This document shows positions 24,317 to 38,300 of a DNA stretch of 64,000 nucleotides, one piece after another. Location of the stretch: assembly GCA_964270895.1 (NCBI GenBank), contig OZ185443.1. One strand, given 5' to 3'. Made by a program: the position numbers and the translations under genes. This DNA comes from Podarcis filfolensis (lineage: Eukaryota). The notes beneath the pieces are model-generated. The model was not told where the DNA came from. It saw only the letters and a program-made list of their open reading frames with translations, and ran no database searches. Numbering within the stretch: position 1 is the first letter of the stretch; each line of letters begins with the position of its first letter.

Positions 24317-27300
24317 CTGAAAACCGAAACAAACAGAAATAAGAGAGATTTAACCACTTTTAGTCATTAAGGACATAAAGCATGTTAGTTATCCTGAATG
24401 TTGCATAATCAATAGCATACTTCAACTGTTACCACCACTTACAGAGAACACATGGAGAAATGGGATTGTGTTTGCTGCACCATGTGAACACCAGTGCGCT
24501 CAGTGCAATGTTTGAAAGCAGAGACAATATGCATACAACTAGAAGATGATCCCTGCACTTGTCATTGGTATATTACCAGGACCATTTGGAATATGCACAC
24601 AATTGCTTTAAAAGATAAGAAGTCATTGATTTGTCCCTGTGACAGTGCCTTTGGACAAGATCTTGTATGCCAAAAGTCAGTATCACACCACCAAACCTGG
24701 TTTTGCTCTGGAGCAGCTGAGGCTGTGATCAGGTTACCAGTTTCTATTAAAGAAGAGATGGTTAAAATTCAGCTGAAGATCAGCAAACATTGCTTTATAT
24801 GGGATATATAAACTCTCCCACTTGTTAACAAATACTGATTTAGATGTAGGATTTTTTTTTCCAGCAGACAATAAAGAGTTTCCACAATGACAACAGATTA
24901 ATCCGATGAGGTGCTGTGTTGCGATTCTCGGTCATAAGGCTGAGAGATTCTAACTTCTGTATAAAATATTAGGTTCTGATAACATTCACTGTCCATGGTG
25001 TGACACAACATGCTACACTGGCAGCTGAATTGGTAATCCTTTTCCTGGCACTAGCAAGTTTAAGTCTATAGCTCATCTGTGAGTGATGTGAGTGATCTAT
25101 TCCTTTTATAAAGTTCCCATTTAGAAGAACAGTTATTAGGCAGACAAGATTAGAATGGTTTGCAGAGTTTTGGTTAATGGTAACTGAGAGCAGGAAAAAC
25201 CATAACTCGGTGGCAGAGCAATGCATTACAAGCATAAAAATTCTCAGGCTAAGAAAGACTCCTGTCAGAAGCCACGGAGAATCATTGCCAGTCAGTGGAG
25301 ACCAAGGGTTGGGTACCATTTTGCCCAGATATTTTTCATCCACACAGGCAAACGGTCAGGTGTGTGGTCTTCTTCAGCTGTTGAAGTTTCCTGACAGGGA
25401 TAGGGGTTAAATACTCTCATCTGCAGGGACTGATCATGCCCAGTGAACCAGCTGACATCAAGGGAGTCACCTGATTGACAGACAGGTGTAGTTTCACTAA
25501 AATAGTTCATGGACAAAATTAGAATCCTGGTGGGCCAAGGCTAGCCCAGATTCCAGGGGTCCCCTACCACTGGTACAGCTAATAAGGAGTTTTATGAACC
25601 AGCCACTTAACTCAGTATAAGAGAAGTTTCCTTTGTTTCTTAGGTTTCATGTACTGACAAAAATACCATGCACCCTTACTTCATTGGAATTTAAGGAGCC
25701 TAACTCAGCAAAACATTGCACCAAAAGCTGGTAAGCAGCTCTAAGCGTGCTATACACTGGGAAATATATGGTGACAGTTTAAAAAACCAAAACCCATTCT
25801 GTTTGTATTATTCATTATAAAGTCAAACCAACATCTATCACTTTCTCATGTCTCTCCATTAATGGCTGAGACCTTACAGCGCTAAATAAATAATGTGGAA
25901 ATTTTATCTGACTAATTGGTCATAAAGATTGAGGTTTGCATTTAATGGCTTTCATTTTCCATCAAGCCCTTCCCCAACAGTCTTTTTTCCCACTTTTTGT
26001 AAAACTTGATATTAGTTATTGATACAGTCAATTGCTTTATTCTTTATGCTAACACTTCTCAGTAGCAATCTGAGGTTCTTAGGGGATAAATTAAGCCCTG
26101 TAATATTCAGTGAATCAATCATGGCTATTTATTATTCTAAAACTGAAAAGATGCTATTTCATTTTAGTGTGTATATATATATAGATGATGTATTAAATAA
26201 CATTCTGCATATATTTTATGCCAGACCTAAATGAAAACTTGATCCTATATTTACCTTACACTTTAGCAGAGCTCTCTACAGGAAAAAAAAACACATTGGT
26301 ACGGGGGGCGGGGTGTATATAAGCCAGAAATTGAAGGGGAAAATACCATATTTAAGAACTTGTAATTTATTAGCTGGTAGCAATTTTTCAACTGATTTAA
26401 ATAGGAAAAAATAAGACTACAGAAGCAAGACAACAATTTTGGAATAAATACTGAATTGGAGTTATGACAGTGAAGTCTTTCACATTTATCAACTGAGCTG
26501 GTGTGATATCTTGAAATGTTTAGTTCCTCAGGGAACTTATAACAGTTTTCAATCCAGTTACTGTGAGGAAAAGGAAAGTTGTCAATTTAGCTGGGATTAA
26601 AATCTTACAGAGGCAGAATATTAGGAGGAGGGCAATGCAGAGAGGAACCTGAAAAAGTGGGTAGATGGAAAATGAGACTTGAATAACATAAAATATGATA
26701 CTGTGGTCAGCTTCTGGCTACCATTATGAGGAGCTCTGCTGCCACCATAGAACACAGAATTTTCTTCTACTTTTAATGTTTCTAGCCACCAATGGTAAAT
26801 ACAGGTCACCAGTATTGGTTCCAAAAACGCCATGAATAAACAAAACATCTCCATTTTCATCACCACCAATGAATTATTGGGGAATGGATTTCACCACAGC
26901 CCTGGCTGAAAGTAGGGATGGGGGTAGGGATGGGGAAGGCGTTCAATTTTGTTTGCCCTCTATTAGAAAACAGCTAATTGACATTTCTCAATCCAATACA
27001 AGATCAGAAATACAGCTACCCTCAGAAATTCTCACGCACCTGAATTCTAAACAAGAACCTGGAGAACTCATGCCAATCACAGCACAAAAGAATGAGCTAA
27101 ATGGACTGATGGTCTCAGTATAAAACATTCATATATTTACATCAGATTATATTTGAAATTGGTTTGAATTTTAAAATCCAAGACAATAAGCAGCCTTCTT
27201 TCAATTATTGTCGAATTACATCTCGAAGGTTAACTGATATTATTTTCACAATAAGGATTTCCCCATATTTTGGCATCAGCTCCGGGTCATACAATAAAAG

Positions 27301-27890
27301 TTTGCAATGCTGGGTTTTAAAGCTGCTTTGCAATTAAACTTTAAAGTGGATCAAACAATAAGAAATATCATTTATTTGTTCAGGATTTGAAAGTTATAGT
27401 TAATTTTCTTTGATGTTAATTTTGTTCATAGAATGCCAAAAAAAATCCAAAACTTAAGTTAATAACTATTGTTTTCAGAGGGTGTGTTAAACAGGAAATG
27501 ACACTGGATATTTAGCATCTGAACTCTCCTTCCATCTTCATCATTGTTTATACTGTGGAAAAACAGGAAATTTGCCAGAATCCTGCCAATCTGTTGTTTC
27601 TAGATTCATTCTTGGAACATGCAGAAACAGACAATGTCTTAAGGAAAATGAAGTTTCAAAGTACAGCTGGATTATGTTTTCTGGGGTATTTGTTGAGACG
27701 TGGGTAAGCTTTTGATCCATTTACAGGAAAACATTGGCATTATATTGACAAAATTAGCCATGCTTGTTCCATTGAAATCAGTGGAAGAAGGCGATCCTTG
27801 CCTAAATTAAGTCTAAACAATTTCCATAATATATCTTCAAAATAATTATATCGATAAGATACTTTATATGAATTCTTATCAGTGTAAATA

Positions 27891-28106
27891 CAGTGGTACC
27901 TCGGGTTACAAACACTTCAGGTTACATTCCACTAACCTGGAAGTAGTACCTCAGGTTAAGAACGTTACCTTAGGATGAGAACAGAAATCATGTGGCGGCG
28001 GCGGCGGGAGGCCCCATTAGCTAAAGTGGTACCTCAGGTTAAGAACGGTTTCAGGTTAAGAACAGACCTCCGGAACGAATTAAGTTTGTAAACAGAGATA
28101 CCACTG
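27891..28106. mobile_element. Tigger/pogo-like MITE
   Basis: TA|CAGTGGTACCTC...GAGATACCACTG|TA. Confidence 0.88.
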
Positions 28107-28167
28107 TATATTGAATACTGTATATTGAATACTGAAATTAGAGGGAGTTTAGAGTCTTTACCCAATA

Positions 28168-28402
28168 CAGTGGTTCCGGAGGCCCGTTCGCAACATGAAA
28201 AGAACGCAACCCGCAGAAGCGCGTCTGCGCACGCGCGGGTTGCGATTCGCCGCTTCTGTGCATGCGCGTGACGTAATTTTGCGCTTCTGCGCATGCGCGA
28301 GTGGCGAAACCCGGAAGTAACCCTTTCCGGTACTTCCAGGTTACCGTGGGATGTAACCTGAAAGAAAGTAACATGAAGCGGACGTAACATGAGGTATGAC
28401 TG
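28168..28402. mobile_element. CpG-rich Tigger-like MITE variant, left end internally deleted
   Basis: TA|CAGTGG...GAGGTATGACTG|TA; internal GCGCATGCGC repeats. Confidence 0.75.
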
Positions 28403-28427
28403 TAACCTGAAGAAAGTTGGTCACACT

Positions 28428-28780
28428 CAGGGCTTTTTTTCAGCAGGAATGCGCCTTCCAGCACCTCTTCCCACACCATGCCTTTGGCTCATGAGAAGAC
28501 TATCCCTGGAGCATGAAGAGGACATCCTTTATGGGCACTGGAGAGGGTCTTTTCATGAGCCAGAGGTGCAGCAGGGTTTTAATGAGGCTCTTCAGCCTCC
28601 TGGGCTAACAGCTGATGTGTGGGAAGAAGCCTCCCTGTGTGTCAGCTCTGCAATCTGCCCTGTCTCTCAGGCTTGCGTGTGCTCACAGAATTCACAGAGC
28701 AGCCCTGTGTCTTTGGCTGGCGCAGAAGCAGGAGGGACAGGGCAGCATTCCTGCACCTTTTTTCAAGAAAAAAAGCACTG
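28428..28780. mobile_element. hAT MITE with internal palindrome
   Basis: TIRs CAGGGCTTTTTT / AAAAAAGCACTG; TSD GTCACACT / GTCGCACT; internal inverted repeat GGCTCATGAGAAGAC...GTCTTTTCATGAGCC. Confidence 0.8.
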
Positions 28781-29783
28781 GTCGCACTGAATATCGCATG
28801 GTCTATGCTTTGTAGGAATACCATGTATCTCCTACATGTTCTAATGGCCCACTTTAATAATATCATGCGATAATAACACATTTGAGCTGACAAAGTCTCA
28901 AATCCAATTGTCGGAGAGAGTTATAAGGTAATTTCCACTCTCATGCTTCTGAATGCCAGTTGCTACAAACAGCAGGAGAGGAGAATGCGGTTATGCTCAG
29001 GTCCAGCTTGCAGAATTTCTCTACACAGGTGGTTGGCCACTGGGAGAACAGGATGTTGGACCCGATGGTCCAGAAGGCTCTTCTTATGTTCTTATTTGGA
29101 ATGGAAACCGATCAGGCTAGCATTTTTAAATCAATGCTCTGATTGACATTATGGTCTAGGTGTATCTACAAATGTAATGAGTTCAGTGGGATTTAATCTT
29201 AGGTAACTATGTATAGGATTGCAGACTGAATCCTCAAAAAGTTTCATCTATCCTCATTTACCATTTACTTAGTGAGTGAAACAAAACTATTTGATATTTA
29301 TTTCAGATGCTACTAAGGGTGATGTTGATTATAAGTTTTGTAATATATTTATTTATAACTTTATAATAATTGCTGTTCTTTGACCCCTTATGAGAGATAA
29401 TACTCATATGGTAGTAAGGTACAAAATTAAATGTGCAAATTAAGGGATCAGGGAAAAAAGACAAAGGGCAATTTAAAAAAAAACACAAACGATACCAAAA
29501 TTAATCTACAAGTAGGGGCGATCCTATGAACAACAGTTAAATACAATGAGGGATAAAAAGGGGGGAAGTAGGGTGGATTATTAAATTAATATGCAGCATC
29601 GTTAGGACAACCCAGAATGCCATGGAAGGCTAGGTTGGGAGGTCGCTATAGAAGCTATGTTTGATGGTGAATTATGATGTGTAAAAAAATGGAAAATGCA
29701 TAAATAATAAATAATAATCAAAAAGAATAAATGTGCAAATATACTCCCAAATGCATACATTTTAAAAATGGGAAAATACATAC

Positions 29784-30134
29784 CCTCATCTGCATCAGTA
29801 ACATTGAAAATAAGGATAGTAGATCCTGGAGGTTGGTTCTCCATCAAAGATGTGCTATATGACGCCATGCTGAATACTGGTGAATTATCATTTACATCGA
29901 GTATGTTGAAATAAGCCCTCACAGTGGAGGATTGCCCACCACCATCTTCCGCACGAACTGAAAGAATGTAATATTGCTGCACTTCATAGTCCAACATACA
30001 AGTTAAGTTAAAAACTCCAGTGACTGGGTTGAGGAAAAATGTTCCATCTCCATCATCTTCACTCACAGTGTACGTGATTTCTCCATTCACACCTGAATCT
30101 TCATCTGTGGCTAAGATGGCTGCCACTAAAGAAC
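29784..30134 (-). CDS. FAT4: FAT4 coding exon (351 nt)
   Basis: (G)SLVAAILATDEDSGVNGEITY...LDYEVQQYY...ILDVNDNSP...VTDADE; AG acceptor, GTATG donor, phase 1/1. Confidence 0.95.
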
Positions 30135-31778
30135 CTAGAGATGAATTAGGAGGGTGGAAAAACCAAAATGGTTCATGTCAAGAGAAAATATGTGTCCTGC
30201 TATCCATTATTATAAGTGTGTGTCATCATAGCCATGAACAGTATTTAAATGATAGTTTATTTAAGAGCATTTGTATCCTACTCATCAGTTTAACAGGAAT
30301 TGTAAAGAATCAAATCCACAAAGTTGGACACATGATCACCTTATTTTTTTTAAAAAGCCTGTGGGGGAGGGGGGAGAAAATATACACTCAAAATATACCC
30401 TGGCCTGGTTCATACATAACACTGAGCCATGGTTTCTTCAACAAATGGCAAGTTTTCTACAAGTTGTTCCACAAATGATCAAACAAGCCACAGTTTGTTT
30501 TTCTATAAATTTCTTTCTTTTCCAGCAGCTCTTGCCTCATAGCTTTTTTTAGTTTGGTGAGCTTCTGGGCTGGGGTGGTCAAACAAACCATGGTTAAGGA
30601 ACAGTTCTGATATCACACATAATGCCAAACCATAGTTAAAACAAATCATGGTTTGTAGCCAACAACTAACCATTGTTTCAGTTTGTGGTTTGCTGGTAGG
30701 AAATAAATCCTTGTTAAACCACTAGGCAAGGTTCACACAGCACATTAAGCCTTGGTGTGATTTGTGAACTCTGCACAGCAGCTTAACTATAGTTTGTTCA
30801 CTGCCAGCAACCCTTACTATGTCAAAGAATCGTAGAACTGTAGAGTTGGAAGGGTATGTTTTAATAATCCAGTTTAGTGTTATGCGACAACAAAGCCACT
30901 GAATATATATTCAAACCAAAATTTCTGCCCAGCAAAATTTTAACTGAAGTTGAACTTTTTTCCCCTCCTTGGGAAAAAAGCATGATACAGCTATGTTCTT
31001 AATGGGAACATGGTGTTCAAGTTAAGTCCAGTAAAACTCCATGTTTCAATATGGTGTACTACCCTATTTCCTCATAGACCTCTGAGAGTATAATTTCACA
31101 TTTATAACTTTTCCAAAGAGATAACATAACCTCCTCTCACAGCCTCTTATGCATAGGTGTGTCAAGAACTCCTGATACGTAGCGAGATATTTTAAATGGT
31201 CAGCAGCTAATCACTATACTTGCTGGTTTTGAATTTCACTTCATACTTGAAACAGAATATTATATAGTGCTTCAGATATCAAATGTGTTTTCACTCATTC
31301 TAAATTCTGTTCTTATGCCAGTCAAAGAATGATATTTTTTTTAAAAAAAAGAAAAAGAAACAGAAGCAGAGGGAATCTAGTGAACTTATTCTCGCTACTC
31401 TACCTGTACAAGCTTGGAAAAGAGAGAGCTGGGCTAGTTCAAGCTAACTTTTGGATAATAATGTGCATATATTTGCCTATCTCTTCTGAGAGTGACAACC
31501 TCAAATTGTAGTAATTGTAGTAGCAATTTAAGAGTTTTATGGAACAAGGACAGCAAGTCCATAGTGTGCAGTAAACAAAAACATAAGCAGAGAATTGATG
31601 CACAAATCAGTTAAGCCTAGATACCTGGCCCTTTTAATGTCGTTCGTTATTTAACTGGTATTGAATTTGCTGAATCCGCACAAGAACATAATATTTCCAA
31701 AGAAGTCTGAGTTATTACAGCTGTTAAAAGCACAAGGAAGCAGGAATGATAAGGACAGTAATGACATCTACTATTCAC

Positions 31779-32040
31779 CTGGAGTGGTATCTTCTGGTAT
31801 GTCAAAGGAATAGCAAGGTTTGGAGAACTTGGGTATATGATCATTAACATCACTAATAGTAATGTTTATTCTCATATCTGAAGACTGCAGGCCGTCATCA
31901 GCACGAACTAGCAGAGAATATTTAGAACGGCGTTCTCGGTCCAAACGCTTGGTGGCTATCAACTCTCCCGATTCTGGATCGATATGGAAGCTGTCATCTG
32001 CACCACTGATGATGGTGTAAGTTACCAGAGCATTTGCACC
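31779..32040 (-). CDS. FAT4: FAT4 coding exon (262 nt)
   Basis: GANALVTYTIISGADDSFHIDPESGELIATKRLDRERRSKYSLLVRADDGLQSSDMRINITISDVNDH...DTTP; AG/GT boundaries, phase 0/1. Confidence 0.95.
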
Positions 32041-35000
32041 CTAAACAGTGACAAGAAAAGGTCAAAGTGCATTATATTTTCATCCAAATTAATGACAAGC
32101 TTTTGCACTGATTCTAAGAATTTTAAAGAAATTTTCAAGTAAGTAAGTAAGTAAACCATGGATTTGGAATGATGAGTTGATCATATCACTTTTATATTAA
32201 AAAGTAAACAGAAAAGTTAGAGTACGAAGAGCTAAGATTGGAATCTCCCTATAATGTCCCTCAAGGCTCCCCGACAGAAAAGATTCCCTTGCCAAATAAA
32301 CATTTTTTGCACCAATCTGTCATTCCTGATGTATTTACTTGAACTGGCATTGATCATATAAAAGAGAAAGATACTACTGTACCCCTTCTGTACCCAGCAC
32401 TCTGCAAAAATGGGCCATGTGATGTTGTGTTGTCAGGTGACTGACCGGTGGGCAGCCCTTCTTACCCATGCTGTGGGAGTGGGGGAGCCAGTTCTTCACC
32501 CCTACTCCACTATAGCACCTGGTTAAGAGATGCTGGTTAAGGAAGAACTGTGAGGGGAGAGACTTCACCAGGCAAGGCTTTCTTCCACCTGCATTGCCCC
32601 ACCCTCCAGTCTCTGCTTCTCAATTTGCATTGTATTATTTTATGCACTGTGACTTGCCGTTGTTTTATTAATTATAGTTTAGAAATTTTTTTAATTGTTA
32701 AGAGTTGATTTCTGTTTAATTTTTATATGCTGGTATTTAATATTAGTCTATACTATTCTAATGGATTGTTGAATATTACTTTATTTGATATAAGTTGCCT
32801 ATTTTAAAGTTATGTTTTATTATCACATTTTTGTATTGGATTAGATTGTTATATGGTGTACATTCTTTGTTTCTTCAGCTTGTAAACCACCTTGGGTATT
32901 GTAAAATAGAAAGATGGTATACAAATTAAAAGTGATGATGATGATGATGCTATAGCTGCAGCTTGCTTTTGGGGTAACCTGGAGCCTAGCTGGGGTAGGA
33001 CAGGTCAGAGCTGAGCTAAGTCTTGAGGAAATTGTATACCCATATGAACTTTTTTGGATGGCTGATATGAAGCAGAAGGTGGTGTTTCATACTGAACATT
33101 GTCTTGTAAAACACACTTCCTCATTCTGGTGATTCACAAGACTATGAAAACAAACAAAATGTTTATCTGTTCAATGGTATGGCAGGGAGCACTGCTCTCA
33201 CTCTGAATGGACTTCAAAGCCATGTAGTCAAGCAAATTTGTCAATGTGATGATATCATCAAGCCTCATCAGAGTGAGATAGTGCGTCTAGTTTTTACTGT
33301 GATTGACTGTGTTATGTTGACCAATGTAACTGGATGTGTGGCTAAGTAACATTTTCTACATGATCCTTGATAGGCTGCAATTCTCTCAGGAAGCAATTTT
33401 TTAAAAAATGCACTGTGCAGTAGTTGTGAAAAGGCAGGAGATGGCACATAAAAAGAGAGGCAAGGGGTTTGAGAAATCTTTGACTCTGAAAACCCTTATT
33501 TTGCCTCCACATTTCTGTGAACAAAAATTCACCGTAGTCTTACTTCCTTGCCTACTCAGGGGATACATTCCACAGTATTCCTTTCATACTCGATGTCTGT
33601 GCAGTGTGTAGAACACTTACTCGTAAAAGTGTAATTAAAATGTTTGAACAGATTCTTTCAATAATAATCTTATATTACTCAAGTGTTACATTCTTTATCA
33701 TCCAAGTGTGATACTTCATTTTTACAACAATGTGCCTCAGCTATAGACTCTTCTGCCATAACTGCTGCTGTGGGTAAGGAGCAAATCCTATAAATTAGGC
33801 AAGTAAGAAGAAAATCTAGAAACTTCCTGTCAACACTTTTGAAGTACAGTAGTACTGTGCTGTGAGATATCATAGCTATCATTAATATTCATCCCATGGC
33901 ACTAGAGAAAATGTTACACCTTCTGTGCAGATTGCAAAATAGTGACCACCTTGATCCCATTAAGTTGAATATTAGCCAAATGCAGCAATCAAATTCTGTC
34001 ATATGAAACACTCTTTTACACGTATAGGGAATGGGTTTCAAAGAAGCCTTAACCTAGTCTTGTCATTTGGCATGCACACTTTTAAAAACATGTCACTACA
34101 GATTTCAAGTAGAGGTTTTTGTATGTCACGGATTTCTAACACTCTGCTGAAGCTTAGAGGCTTTCTTGGAGATAGACACAGTGACAGAAACTTCCTTCAG
34201 GCATTAATAACTGTCAAATTACTCAACTTTGGACATGTTGGCTAGCCCTGCCACTGGTGACTATGCAATTAACATAAATGACTGCTGTGACATAGCTTTC
34301 ACAGATACAGCTGGACGCATGAAGATTTCCATACGATTCGGAACTCTGGGACATGTGGAAACCTTATTGCAAATGAATGTATGTGCACTACAGGTGGTCA
34401 GGCTACTTGTATGAACATCAAGATGCAGCACTCAGATCTTGTGTCGAAAAAGAACATGAGGGGACAATGTCTGAAGAGGGCAAGAGATATAAAAATAATA
34501 ATAAAAAAACATGCCATGCAAGGCAGACACAGAGAAAAGGAAGAAATGTGTACAGCGGTGGATGGTGCCTTAAACCCCCCATGTGGCTCTCCAACGTTTA
34601 GGAATCTGCCACCTCACACATTTCTGCAAAATGTCATGAATTTGAGGGGGCTGTGGCAGGTGGGGTTGGTCTTTGTGCGGCCCCCAGTATGTAGACTTTG
34701 GGACCAGAAGAGAAGTTCTTCAGGTGTATCACATGTTGAGAAGAGGGAGGGGGCATCCAGCAACTGTTAAAAGGCTGCCATGTGGGAGAGTTTGAACCAT
34801 CTCCCAGCAGAAAGAAGGAGCAGGTAAACAGGAAAGGAAACTCTACAAAAGGAAGAGAGGGGATGGATGAAAAATAGGCAAGATGAGAGACTAGAAAATA
34901 GGAAATAGAGGACAGACACACAGGAGAGAAAACATTGTATGTTAAATAAAGCAAAGCAAGCAATGTCCTGTGATGGATGAGGGCAATCAAATTAATTTAA

Positions 35001-35261
35001 GTAAGGTCCCCACTAGGGGAGTCTCTGAGAACAAGAGACCACATGGGGTTCTGAAAAGTCCTGGAATCAGGCACGCAGGGATAGAATGGGCAGTCTCAAC
35101 TCACAGAAAAAAATGAAACACTTGCATTTTTCCACTCCACGCCACCGGCTTCCAGGCAAAAATCAGTGGGTGGAGTAGAAACAAGGCTGGAAATATATGC
35201 CTAACAACATTGTTGTGACAGAAGTGTCCTGCTACCCTTCAAAGAAGCAATAATATCCTAC

Positions 35262-35393
35262 CTCGTCAGCATCCATAGCTGTCAGCTGCATTATTTTAGA
35301 ACCATCTCCGATATTTTCTTCTACAGTCAGATCAAGCATATCTGTAGGGAACACTGGCGGGTTGTCATTGACATCTTGAAGAGTTATTTCCAC
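35262..35393 (-). CDS. FAT4: FAT4 internal coding exon (132 nt), cadherin repeat ~16/17 junction
   Basis: Translates to VEITLQDVNDNPPVFPTDMLDLTVEENIGDGSKIMQLTAMDADE. AG acceptor at 35395-35394, GT donor at 35261-35260, phase 0/0. Missing from the ORF track; sequence recognised as FAT4. Confidence 0.95.
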
Positions 35394-38300
35394 CTAGGAA
35401 AGAAAGGGGGAAAGCTCGTGATTCATCTATTAAATATAAGTAGTGCAAGTTGCTTAACTTTACATTGAATCAGGTAAGCAGTACGCAATCTGATGTTTCA
35501 GGAACTTTTTTGAAAACACAAACGAGAGAAAAAGTCCCGTGATGGTTAAAATTCCACATTGTTTTGAAATCTTCCGAGAAAAAGCCTGTAACCTACATAA
35601 AGCTAATTTGACTTGTTGATAGTAACTGATTTTAAATGGTCCTAGTCTAGTTTACATTGGACATGGTCCACTGACTGACTGTCAATGTAATCCCTAAAAG
35701 TTGGACCCCAGAGGATAGCTGCCAAGACCCGGGGCACGGGATCATTCAACCATTAAATGCTGCTTGACATAAAGATGAGGTGGTGTAAAATTCTCCCTGA
35801 AATGTTTACATATTGGCATGTCCAACAGCCAGAAAGAAAGAGTGCAACTTTTAGCATTAAAAAAGAGTTCTGATTTGCCCTTCTTTGTATGAGAGAGTTA
35901 GGGGCATTTTTTTTTTAAAAAAAGTCAATATTGGAAGCAAGTTGTTGTAACATCTCTCTGGATCTCCCCCTCTCTCTTTCCATGCTTAAACCCAAACACA
36001 TTTTATTTTTCACAAGTTCTGTTTATATCTTTTACAAACACTAATGGCAGCGTCTGAAATTATTTGCCAAAGCTGTTTACTCCTTCTCCTGTGTAAGCAA
36101 GATTGTTTAGTTCTCATGAGCTTGCCGATGCTGCGTTTAAAAAGCCAAGAGCTTAGAGTTCCACTGCTAGGTAGACACATACTAATAATCTCCCAATAAA
36201 GAAAAGACAGGCAACAGATGGTTTCTATCTATAGTGAAAGCAAAGGATTCCCAGAAGGCCTGGACCAATAAGTGGTCACCAAAACGTGAAGACCACCAAG
36301 GAGATAATGGCATAGTTGGGGGGCAGAGCTGCCTTCAGCAAACATTAGATAGCTGATTGTTTAGCAGGGCTAAAAGAGATAAGCGGATTGACAGACAGAA
36401 ACGTCATTGTACTTCAGCAACCCACTTCATCACTATTGACAAGAGAGTTCTGGTTTCAGAAACATGGATGGAAATAATCCAAGATAAAAACCAGCACAAA
36501 TATCTTTTTGAAACTTGTGTTGTTCATCCAACAAATTTGCATATCTCCCACTCTTTGGGGGATATGAACAATACATTGCAATACCCGGCTTCTTTGATCA
36601 GGAAAGCCAAAATCCAACACATTTTGGCATTTATTTATTTTTTGAAATGGAGAATTAAATCAAATCTCAACCGAATGAGGGTAGCAAGAATTTAATGAAT
36701 AGAAAGAAGCTCAGTGGAAAACTAAATTATGTGATGCTTGCCCGAACTCTTCTCTAATACAATGCAAACTATACAATTAAACTATACAAACTCTACAATT
36801 AAAGCACTATTATACAACTTTGAAATTTATGGCTCATGGTTTCCCCAAAGAATCTTGGGAAGTTTCTTAAGGGTGTTGAGAGTTGTTAAGTGTATTCCCC
36901 TCATACACTTGACAGAGTAGTTTAATATCTCTCCTGCCATCCAGTCACTCTATGGTGGGAAGAGGGGTCTCTGAATAAATCTCAGCACCCTTAACAAACT
37001 ACAGTCTCCACGGTTCTTTGGGAGAGGCCAAAACTGTTTAAAGTCATATGACAATGCTTTAAATGTATGGTATGTGCTATATATCAAAATATATGAAGGC
37101 AGGAAGTATGATTTTATAAATACCCCACCTGTTTATGTTTTGGTTGTTTAGCTTGAATGCTTATAACCTGCTTTATAGCCCTGAGAAGCTTTCAAAGTGG
37201 CTTACAAAAGAGTCACATAATAAAAATCAATAACAGAAATCATGGTGTTCCTCTGGTGCCAGGATAATTCAGGTGGCATTTCCTTTTTTCATCCTTGGCC
37301 TTCCCTGGTGTCACCCTTCAGCCTGTGCCTACAACGCAGCAGAGTCCACTGGATCACTTCTGAACAGGGCCAAGCAGCTTCAACTCACTCAGCTTGTGAT
37401 GGAGGTAGACCTTCGCTGGTTGGCAGTTGGCAACAGCTCCCACAAAGGGCCTCAGAGGTACATATGTGGAGCTGAGCTGCTGGAATTAACTTGGCCCATG
37501 TTATATCTCTCTCAGGTTGTACCTTCCCATGATAGAAGCTACGATACCAAATATGTATGGCCTACATACACATGTAGGGTGAGTGACTGCCCTCCACTGG
37601 GCATCAACTCAATTTTGAGGTACATATTAATAGACACTCCCTTACTTGTGTTATGCATATACACATTTCCTTGCACCTCTACCGACTGCTCAGTAGCAGC
37701 ACTTCCTCCTGGCTGTTCTCATTCCTAGTTCACCTGCAGCTCAACCCTCTCCCTCTCTACCCAACCCCATCACAAAACAAAGCCTTCCAGATGCCAACTC
37801 CACGAAGGACCTTTTAGTGGTATCATCTGGGACTAATCCGTTTTAGAAGAAGACATGGAAAACCCCTTTCTTTGAGAGTAAATGAACTGAGCACGAACTA
37901 ATTACAAAGATGTAAATCATGGTCTCCTCAAGCCTGTCCCTCCGATGCCAAATTTGCACCTGGAGTTTTCTGTAGCTGCATTTTAAAGCTTCTGAACATA
38001 AGAATTAGCATACGCATTGCTGATACAGCATCCCAAGCACAAACTCTAGAATTAAACAGCTTAAGAGTTTAATTTTCAAAGAATTAAACCGCCCAAGAGG
38101 TTTGCTGAGGGTGGACGGGGAGTGGGGAGGGGAGAGAAGAAAAACGCTGCAGCGTTGTAATAATTAATTTTAACACATCAACAACAACCATTCTAAGGTC
38201 ATTAGAAAAGCAAAGATGAATGACTGCTATATGCCACAGCTGCCAATCAAGTCTTGGCCCTTAAACGAGCACAGCTAGAGCAAGCAGTCGTGCTACCAAA

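Noticed and set aside
8000-34000. Many 60-150-aa ORFs in the track
   Set aside because: No domain signatures; they are antisense to FAT4 exons, inside repeats, or consistent with chance in AT-rich intron.
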